Below, piece by piece: positions 26,187 to 32,000 of a stretch of 32,000 nucleotides of DNA; position 1 is the first letter of the stretch, and the number at the start of each line of letters is the position of its first letter. The stretch is from Erysipelothrix inopinata. Its GTDB lineage: Bacteria > Bacillota_I > Bacilli_A > Erysipelotrichales > Erysipelotrichaceae. The notes under the pieces were generated by a model. It saw only the letters and a program-made list of their open reading frames with translations, was not told the origin of the DNA and ran no database searches. The stretch covers positions 1,680,001 through 1,712,000 of the forward strand of contig NZ_CP060715.1 in NCBI RefSeq assembly GCF_014396165.1, read 5' to 3'. Position numbers and translations under genes: made by a program.

Positions 26187-26634
26187 TGTGTTGTCTCTCC
26201 TTAAAGTCTGAATACTTAATCATCTCAACATGTTTAATCCCAAATTTTTGTATGGGATCACTTTCCGCAATAAATCCTTCTGATTTATAAAAGCTTTGTA
26301 AATGCGCTTGTGCACAAATCGTTGCAGTATTAATACCAAGTGTAAATGCCATATCAATTGAATCTTTCACAAGACGTCTTCCCAAAGATTGCTTACGGTA
26401 ACTGTCTTTAACGCAGATTCGCTCTATATAGCCCCTTCCATCTACAATTCGTATTCGTGAACTGGCGGCAACTTCACCATTATTCGAATAAACAAGATGC
26501 ATGCAATCGTCATCTTCCTCGTCTTCAGGATAGAAGTCAATCAAAGATTGTTCTTGAATGAAGACGGAGTTCCTTAGCGCAACAACGTCATCCCAGATAG
26601 GTTGTTGTCGGACATTACCAAAAAATCGTTCCAC
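26173..26634 (-). CDS. GNAT-family N-acetyltransferase
   Basis: 153 aa with the acetyl-CoA-binding motif A (ICVKDSYRKQSLGRRLV) and the C-terminal FYKSEGF. The GTG start lies 4 nt after AAGGAGG. Confidence 0.8.
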   Translation of the reverse strand: MERFFGNVRQQPIWDDVVALRNSVFIQEQSLIDFYPEDEEDDDCMHLVYSNNGEVAASSRIRIVDGRGYIERICVKDSYRKQSLGRRLVKDSIDMAFTLGINTATICAQAHLQSFYKSEGFIAESDPIQKFGIKHVEMIKYSDFKERQHIEKR

Positions 26635-26651
26635 TATTCCTCCTTAAAATT

Positions 26652-26673
26652 AAAAAACTGCCATGTTCGGCAG
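26652..26673 (-). terminator. Expression-platform terminator of the purine riboswitch
   Basis: Minus-strand CTGCC gaacat GGCAG followed by TTTTTT, then AAGGAGG and the start codon. The CTGCC arm can alternatively pair within a 12-bp helix (one bulge) with GGCAAAAGAGAA, which immediately follows and overlaps the aptamer P1 3' strand. Confidence 0.65.
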
Positions 26674-26718
26674 AAAGAGAAAATAGTAAAACGATTTGCA
26701 ATTGCAAATTCTCTTTTG

Positions 26719-26783
26719 CCATAGTTCGTATCTTTACGGGACACAAGTAGAGACTTCCGGACCTTATTACCAGAAATATATGG
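26719..26783 (-). promoter_or_regulatory. Purine riboswitch aptamer, guanine-type (C at the specificity position)
   Basis: The minus strand reads CCAUAUAUUUCUGGUAAUAAGGUCCGGAAGUCUCUACUUGUGUCCCGUAAAGAUACGAACUAUGG. It aligns nearly position for position with the B. subtilis xpt aptamer. P1 is CCAUA/UAUGG, L2 is AAUAAGG, J2-3 is GUCUCUAC, L3 is CCGUAAA and J3-1 is ACU. Confidence 0.8.
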
Positions 26784-26798
26784 AGTTTTTACGAGACA

Positions 26799-26827
26799 AT
26801 AGTATCATTTACAAACGTGAGAGTCAA
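26799..26827 (-). promoter_or_regulatory. Sigma-A promoter of the riboswitch operon
   Basis: On the minus strand, TTGACT (26827-26822), a 17-nt spacer and an extended -10 TGaTACTAT (-10 at 26804-26799). Confidence 0.7.
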
Positions 26828-26884
26828 CCAAACGACTCCCTTTTAACTTGACTAAGATTTCACTTAGTTTTTATAGGTTTCAAC

Positions 26885-26912
26885 AAAAAATAAAGACGAG
26901 CTATTGCTCGCC
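26885..26912 (-). terminator. Intrinsic terminator after the XRE/membrane-protein pair
   Basis: Minus-strand GGCGAGC aata GCTCGTC followed by TTTATTTTTT, starting 8 nt after the stop at 26920. Confidence 0.75.
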
Positions 26913-26919
26913 GTTGATA

Positions 26920-27345
26920 CTAAATTTGATTGTGAATTTCTTTTGACTTACGCCATGCAAGAATAGCGTAACTGCTTGTAGCGATTGCCTCTACAATAAT
27001 TGTATGAGTGTTTGTTATCGTATACAAACCACGAGCTTCATCGGGCATAATTAATGATAAAACAGATCCAGCTACAAAAAATACAGCGATAATAGTCATA
27101 ATAATTTTAGATTTATGAACAACTTGATCATCCAAGCCGTCTCGAATCATCATATAACTTACAACAAAGAAGAGACAGGCGTATATCATTGCGAAGTCAA
27201 AACGTGTTAGAGACTCAATTGTTAATCCAAAAATGTCGACACAGAAATCTTTCACTACAATCATGACGATTAGCATCAAGAAACCGTATAATACCCCTTT
27301 ACCTCTAATAGCCAGCATTCTTTCATCCATTTCACTTGTAAACAT
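26920..27345 (-). CDS. Small 4-TM membrane protein co-transcribed with an XRE regulator
   Basis: The ATG at 27345 lies 5 nt after GAGAGGAGAA and 1 nt after the XRE stop. The N-terminal MDERML motif followed by four hydrophobic helices is typical of the widespread small membrane proteins paired with short HTH regulators. Confidence 0.7.
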   Translation of the reverse strand: MFTSEMDERMLAIRGKGVLYGFLMLIVMIVVKDFCVDIFGLTIESLTRFDFAMIYACLFFVVSYMMIRDGLDDQVVHKSKIIMTIIAVFFVAGSVLSLIMPDEARGLYTITNTHTIIVEAIATSSYAILAWRKSKEIHNQI

Positions 27346-27346
27346 A

Positions 27347-27532
27347 CTAATTCTCCTCTCTCCAGAATAAATCATTTAAAGTAACCTCCAACGCCTTACA
27401 TATCTTAATACATAGATCCAAAGTTGGATTGTAATCTCCGTTTTCAACACTGACTATCGTTTGTCGTGATACTCCAACAATTTTCGCCAGTTCTAATTGC
27501 GAGTACTTCTTAGATAGTCGCAACGTTTTCAT
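27347..27532 (-). CDS. XRE-family (Cro/CI-type) helix-turn-helix transcriptional regulator
   Basis: The sequence MKTLRLSKKYSQLELAKIVGVSRQTIVSVENGDYNPTLDLCIKICKALEVTLNDLF is a classic HTH_3 pattern. The start is uncertain. The ATG at 27532 lacks a good SD, whereas an in-frame ATT at 27547 lies 8 nt after GGAGG. The ORF-track start at 27601 would overlap the predicted promoter and is rejected. Confidence 0.8.
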   Translation of the reverse strand: MKTLRLSKKYSQLELAKIVGVSRQTIVSVENGDYNPTLDLCIKICKALEVTLNDLFWREEN

Positions 27533-27557
27533 GGTTTCATTTTTAATGACGACCACC

Positions 27558-27605
27558 TCCAATGTCAAATATAGTATACACCGGGTTATTTCCGATGTCA
27601 AATAT
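27558..27605 (-). repeat. Two 15-nt direct repeats ATATTTGACAT(C/T)GGA, candidate operator sites
   Basis: The copies lie at 27591-27605 (overlapping the -35) and 27558-27572 (around the start site, overlapping GGAGG). They are spaced 33 nt start to start and match at 14 of 15 positions. Confidence 0.5.
27573..27601 (-). promoter_or_regulatory. Sigma-A promoter of the XRE/membrane-protein operon
   Basis: On the minus strand, TTGACA (27601-27596), a 17-nt spacer and TATACT (27578-27573). Confidence 0.7.
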
Positions 27606-27611
27606 ATTTTA

Positions 27612-27638
27612 CATAATAAAAGAGAGCCTTTGCTCTCT
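27612..27638 (-). terminator. Intrinsic terminator after polC
   Basis: Minus-strand AGAGAGC aaag GCTCTCT followed by TTTTATTAT, starting 5 nt after the polC stop. Confidence 0.8.
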
Positions 27639-27642
27639 TTAT

Positions 27643-30600
27643 TTAGAATAAACTCATTTGATTACTTTCTTGAAGATGATCAGTTACTTTCAATTCATCG
27701 AGTTTCTTAACAGTTGTGGAACTGATGCCACCTCGAGACATTAAATCTTTTTTAGAAATAAACATTTGTTCTTCTCGAGCTTTAACAATTTGATTTGCAA
27801 CGTTATTTCCCAAACCATCTACCACGTTAAACGGTGGTAAAATCGCTTTAGGATCTCGTGGATCTAAACAGTATTCTGTTGCTAGTGAAAGATTCAAGTC
27901 AATCGGACTAATATGGAAGCCACGACTGATCATCTCTATCGTAACTTCTAGAGTGTCGATGAGATTCTTTTCTTTAATGGATACATCCTTTTTAGTTTCG
28001 AAATCTTTAAGTCGCATATTAATAGAATTAAGGCGGCTTTGAACAACTTCGAGAGATTTGGTTTGTGTTTCAATTTCATGAGCATTTACCCGTAGTGTGA
28101 AGTACACTGCATAATATGCCAATGGATAATGAACTTTAAACCAGGCAACTCGTATCGCCATCATAACATAGGCAACAGCGTGAGCTTTCGGGAACATATA
28201 TTTGATTTTTAAACAGGAATCAATGTACCACTGCGGTACAGAATTTTTATGCATCGATTCAATCCAGTTATCACGAAGGCCGCGTCCCTTACGAACACTT
28301 TCCATGATATCAAAGGATTCTTTTGCTTCTAAACCTGCATGCATGAGGAAAACCATAATATCATCACGACAACCAATAACATCCGTTAACGTTAATCCAC
28401 CGCTTTTAATCAAATCTTCGGCATTGGTACGCCAAACGTCTGTTCCGTGAGAAAGTCCGGAAATTCGTACCAAATCAGAGAATTTATCAGGCATTGTAGC
28501 CTCCAACATTCCACGAACAAATGGCGTGCCAAACTCTGGTAATCCCAATCCACCTGTCGCTTCATGATACGTTCTCTCATCAACTTTCAATGCATCTGTT
28601 GTATTAAATAATGAAAGTGTTGCTGGGTCATTCATTGGTACATCATGAATATCAACTCCTGTAAGTCTTTCTAACATTTTCATTGCTGTTGGGTCAACAT
28701 GACCTAAAATATCTAGTTTTAAAACGTTATCGTCAATATCGTGGAATTCAAAGTGCGTTGTATACCACGGAGAATCAGGGTTATTTGCTGGAAATTGAAT
28801 GGGAGTAAAATCATGGACATCCATATAATCAGGAACAACAATGATTCCCCCAGGATGTTGTCCAGTCGTACGTTTAACACCTTCAGCACCCGAAGCAAGA
28901 TATGTATTCCAAGCGTTATTTGTGTTTGAAATATTCATGCTTTCGTTATATCCCAAGACATAACCAAAGGCAGTTTTTTGAGCCACTGTAGAAATAGTAC
29001 CCGCACGATATACATATTCGTCACCAAAGATTTCTTTGGTGAAGTTATGGGCGTGTTCTTGGTAATCTCCTGAGAAGTTCAAATCAATATCAGGAACTTT
29101 ATCCCCTTCAAATCCAAGGAAAGTCTCAAATGGAATATCTTGCCCTTCACAAATTAGTGGTTTACCACAATTAGGGCAATCTTTGGCTTCTAAGTCATAA
29201 CCACTCGATACTTCTCCATTTAAGAAGAACTCATTGTAATGACATTCTTTACATACATAGTGCGGTGCAAGCGGATTAACTTCCGTAATTTCAGCCATGG
29301 TGGCTACAAATGATGATCCAACCGATCCTCGCGATCCAACTAAGTATCCATCATCCAATGATCGTTTAACCATTAGGTGAGAAATATAATAGATAACGCC
29401 ATATCCATTTCCAAAGATAGATTTCAATTCACGTTCGAGACGTTTTTCTACGAGTTCTGGTAATGGATTGCCATAAAGAGCATGCGCATTTTCATACACA
29501 ATTTCTCGAAGGTTTTCATCAGAGTTTTCAATTTTTGGTGTGAACAGATCACTTTGTTTTGGTGAAAAATCCTCAATTTTATCGAGTAAGGCTACAGGAT
29601 TATCAATTACAAATTCTTGAGCCTTTTCTTCTCCAAGCCACATGAACTCATTTAGCATTTCCTCAGTTGAACGGAAATGTTGATCGGGAGCTACAAACTT
29701 CATACGGCGTTCTTCATTAAAAATATAAAGTGGATGTCGTGATCCTCCAATACCTTGTGAATGAATATAAACATCACGAACAACTTTCTCACGAGGATGA
29801 TTGTAATGTGCATCGCCCACAGCAAGAATTGGTTTGTTTAAGCGTTCTGCCGTACTAATAATTCGATTTAAAATTTCTTCAAGACGTTCTTCATTTTGAA
29901 TTGCGTTATTTTCAATTAAAGGAGCATAATTTCCCAGTGGCATAATTTCGACATAGTCATAAAATGATACACATTGGTCAAGTGTAGCTTGGTTTTTATT
30001 CATAGCTATCTCAAAAAGCTCAGAATTGGTGCAGCCAGCACCAATTAATAAATTTTCACGATGTTCCATGAGATGACGGCGAAGAATTCTTGGTTCCGCC
30101 ATAACAGCATCCCCTTTGCTCGTCTTGCCAAAGAACGCTAAGTATTCGGTATGTGACAATGAAATCAATTGATACAACGTTTTAAGACCCGTTCTATTTT
30201 TAGCAATAACGTTAACGTGTGAGTTGCGAAGTTTTGTAAAAGCATTTTTGCCACTCAACGTTTGAAGCTCATCAATCGTTTTCATGTTTTGAAGGCGATC
30301 ATCACGTAAAAGCGCAAGATAAACAAGACTTAGAACTTCCGCATCATAGTCAGCACGGTGAGCAACACCTTCGTCATAAGGGATACGTAGCAAGCGAGCA
30401 ATACTTCCCAATCGATAAGAACGTCTGTTATCAAACATGGCTCTCGAAAGATCCAATGTATCAACAACACTATTTGTGATGGGTTCACGACCAATACGGC
30501 GTAATGATTCTTGAATAAAATCAATATCAAACTGTGCGTTATGGGCAATAAGTGTTGCATCACCAATAAAGTTTAAAATATCATCAATACCTTCTTCAAA

Positions 30601-31944
30601 AGATTTCGCATCTTTTAGATCTTCGTTGGTAATATTTGTGAGTTCTTGAATGAATGGTCGTACAGGAACCGGAGGTTTAATAAACATCTGCATTTTTTCA
30701 ACCGTTTTACCTTTAACGATACGAACAGCACCAAATTCAATAATATGATCGTAGTAGTTAGAAAGTCCTGTAGTTTCCAAGTCAAAAGAGATGTATTCAG
30801 TCATATGTAAATCTTGACCCTTAACATTTGATGCAATCTTAAGATTTTCTTCAACCATATTCATTTCCACACCGTAACCGAGCTTAAACTGATGGTCCGG
30901 ATACTTCTTGCGAAGACCCTTCAATGACCCATAAGCTTTAGGGAATGATTGAACCGCAGTATGATCAGTAATAACCATACCAGGGTGTCCCCATTCAAAA
31001 GCTTGCGCCATATATTCTGAAGCATCAGAAATACCGTCCATTTCAGAATACTTAGTGTGAAGATGAAACTCAGCACGCTTGCGCGGTGCATGGTCGTAAC
31101 GTTTGAAAATATCCTCAACAACTTCGTAGCGGTCCATTTTGAAAATATAATCTTTTTCGTAGCGCGCATCAAAGATATAATTCCCCATTGCTTTAATACA
31201 TGTGTTTTTCGGAATAAACTCATCTTCAGAGTTCACAAATCCAGATACTACTAATGCACCTTTTCCGTCAGTTAAATAATACTTAACGATAAAAGATCCG
31301 GAGCGAGTTTCCCTTGTTTCAACTTCAAACACTTTCCCAACAATCGCAACATCATGAGCTTCATCAGTTAAAGCAGAAAGAACAATGTCTGTATATTCTT
31401 TCTTGCCACGTCTTTGCGGTTTATTAAAAGTCTGTGGCTTTTCTTGCTTTACAACGCGTTCACGCGGTGCAACCATCACAGTTTCTTCTTTAATTTCCAT
31501 TTCAATCATACCTACTGCCACAGGGTATGTAATACCATAAACAGAAATCATCTCAATAAATTGAGGCAAAGATCTTTCGATTGCTTCAAGATGAGAATCA
31601 TCACGACATAAGAGTCGAATTTCATTATTAATGAGTTGGTAAGAGGCATCCATAAGCGCCGAAATTCGTGAACTCCGAGCAACAAAATCAACATAATTAG
31701 AAACATTTAAAAAATCAAGGTTACAAGAATCTGAAACGACACTGAGTTTTACTTCACATTTAATAAATAGTTTTAATTTCTTTGCGAATTCACGGTAAAC
31801 AGAAAAAGGTAAGGTTTCTCTTACCTTTATTTTTAATTCTAAAATATTATCATGACGATGGTAATCTGAAACGAGGAGTTCTGAAGACTCAAAATAGGAA
31901 TAATACTTTTTATTAAAATCAATTTTATCTAACAATTCAAACAT
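27643..31944 (-). CDS. polC: DNA polymerase III alpha subunit, PolC type (Gram-positive replicative polymerase)
   Basis: 1433 aa with a PHP domain (FHLHTKYSEMDG) and an inserted DnaQ-like 3'-5' exonuclease (YISFDLETTGLS, AHNAQFDIDF, HRADYDA). The polymerase core (PDIDLNF) and a C-terminal HhH region are also present. Confidence 0.95.
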   Translation of the reverse strand: MFELLDKIDFNKKYYSYFESSELLVSDYHRHDNILELKIKVRETLPFSVYREFAKKLKLFIKCEVKLSVVSDSCNLDFLNVSNYVDFVARSSRISALMDASYQLINNEIRLLCRDDSHLEAIERSLPQFIEMISVYGITYPVAVGMIEMEIKEETVMVAPRERVVKQEKPQTFNKPQRRGKKEYTDIVLSALTDEAHDVAIVGKVFEVETRETRSGSFIVKYYLTDGKGALVVSGFVNSEDEFIPKNTCIKAMGNYIFDARYEKDYIFKMDRYEVVEDIFKRYDHAPRKRAEFHLHTKYSEMDGISDASEYMAQAFEWGHPGMVITDHTAVQSFPKAYGSLKGLRKKYPDHQFKLGYGVEMNMVEENLKIASNVKGQDLHMTEYISFDLETTGLSNYYDHIIEFGAVRIVKGKTVEKMQMFIKPPVPVRPFIQELTNITNEDLKDAKSFEEGIDDILNFIGDATLIAHNAQFDIDFIQESLRRIGREPITNSVVDTLDLSRAMFDNRRSYRLGSIARLLRIPYDEGVAHRADYDAEVLSLVYLALLRDDRLQNMKTIDELQTLSGKNAFTKLRNSHVNVIAKNRTGLKTLYQLISLSHTEYLAFFGKTSKGDAVMAEPRILRRHLMEHRENLLIGAGCTNSELFEIAMNKNQATLDQCVSFYDYVEIMPLGNYAPLIENNAIQNEERLEEILNRIISTAERLNKPILAVGDAHYNHPREKVVRDVYIHSQGIGGSRHPLYIFNEERRMKFVAPDQHFRSTEEMLNEFMWLGEEKAQEFVIDNPVALLDKIEDFSPKQSDLFTPKIENSDENLREIVYENAHALYGNPLPELVEKRLERELKSIFGNGYGVIYYISHLMVKRSLDDGYLVGSRGSVGSSFVATMAEITEVNPLAPHYVCKECHYNEFFLNGEVSSGYDLEAKDCPNCGKPLICEGQDIPFETFLGFEGDKVPDIDLNFSGDYQEHAHNFTKEIFGDEYVYRAGTISTVAQKTAFGYVLGYNESMNISNTNNAWNTYLASGAEGVKRTTGQHPGGIIVVPDYMDVHDFTPIQFPANNPDSPWYTTHFEFHDIDDNVLKLDILGHVDPTAMKMLERLTGVDIHDVPMNDPATLSLFNTTDALKVDERTYHEATGGLGLPEFGTPFVRGMLEATMPDKFSDLVRISGLSHGTDVWRTNAEDLIKSGGLTLTDVIGCRDDIMVFLMHAGLEAKESFDIMESVRKGRGLRDNWIESMHKNSVPQWYIDSCLKIKYMFPKAHAVAYVMMAIRVAWFKVHYPLAYYAVYFTLRVNAHEIETQTKSLEVVQSRLNSINMRLKDFETKKDVSIKEKNLIDTLEVTIEMISRGFHISPIDLNLSLATEYCLDPRDPKAILPPFNVVDGLGNNVANQIVKAREEQMFISKKDLMSRGGISSTTVKKLDELKVTDHLQESNQMSLF

Positions 31945-31955
31945 GTCTCACACCC

Positions 31956-32000
31956 CTATTTCACTAATTTCTCAAATGCATCCTTTGCAGCCATTTGTTC
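31956..32000 (-). CDS. C-terminal end of an unidentified upstream CDS (partial)
   Basis: The minus-strand frame ...EQMAAKDAFEKLVK stops at 31956-31958, 11 nt before the polC ATG. It is too short to assign. Confidence 0.3.
   Translation of the reverse strand, partial: EQMAAKDAFEKLVK

Noticed and set aside
26695-26708. Perfect 14-nt palindrome TTTGCAATTGCAAA in the riboswitch expression platform, considered as a protein operator.
   Set aside because: It lies in the loop region of the predicted antiterminator helix between the aptamer and the terminator. It is more simply explained as an RNA hairpin or spacer. There is no second copy in the window.
27533-27601. N-terminal extension of the XRE ORF (start at 27601, MTSEITRCILYLTLEVV...).
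   Set aside because: The extension would begin immediately after the polC terminator and would contain the TTGACA-17-TATACT promoter and the GGAGG. The HTH family normally starts close to the MKTLRL position.
31956-32000. Calling the partial upstream CDS proS on the basis of Bacillus synteny (proS-polC).
   Set aside because: Only 14 residues are visible and they show no recognisable ProS C-terminal pattern. Synteny is already broken on the other side of polC.
1-32000. Search for CRISPR arrays, tRNA/rRNA genes, integrases or toxin-antitoxin/defence cassettes.
   Set aside because: No regularly spaced direct repeats, cloverleaf-like sequences, rRNA signatures or phage-type integrase/recombinase ORFs were seen. 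The only mobile element is the IS3-family copy.

Overview
This is a low-GC Bacillota chromosome segment, shown by PolC, strong GGAGG ribosome-binding sites and AT-rich intergenic regions. Almost all core genes lie on the minus strand. Two blocks well known from Bacillus are present. One is polC / rimP-nusA-ylxR-ylxQ-infB-rbfA / truB-ribF. The other is asp23-nusB-xseA-xseB-ispA-dxs-recN. Accessory DNA interrupts the first block twice. (i) Between rbfA and truB (10.1-15.0 kb) sit a lysine-riboswitch-like leader driving a fused binding-protein/permease ABC importer and its ATPase, an intact IS3-family element, and a PadR regulator. The IS has inserted into the loop of a bidirectional terminator. 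(ii) Between polC and rimP (19.9-27.6 kb) sit an XRE/small-membrane-protein pair, a purine-riboswitch operon, a MucBP-repeat surface protein, a solitary ECF S-component and a 2-hydroxyacid dehydrogenase. The riboswitch is guanine-type and controls GNAT + two uncharacterised membrane proteins + nucleoside hydrolase. The MucBP protein carries an internal, N-proximal LPNTG sorting signal. A fosX-like gene and a hypothetical gene lie between the two core blocks. Most worth a second look: the riboswitch-controlled operon with its possible two-subunit transporter; a syntenic Dxs homologue whose thiamine-diphosphate, Mg and catalytic motifs are all replaced; and the misplaced sortase signal. No tRNA, rRNA or CRISPR array was seen. 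All calls come from reading the sequence and remembered family motifs. No searches were run.
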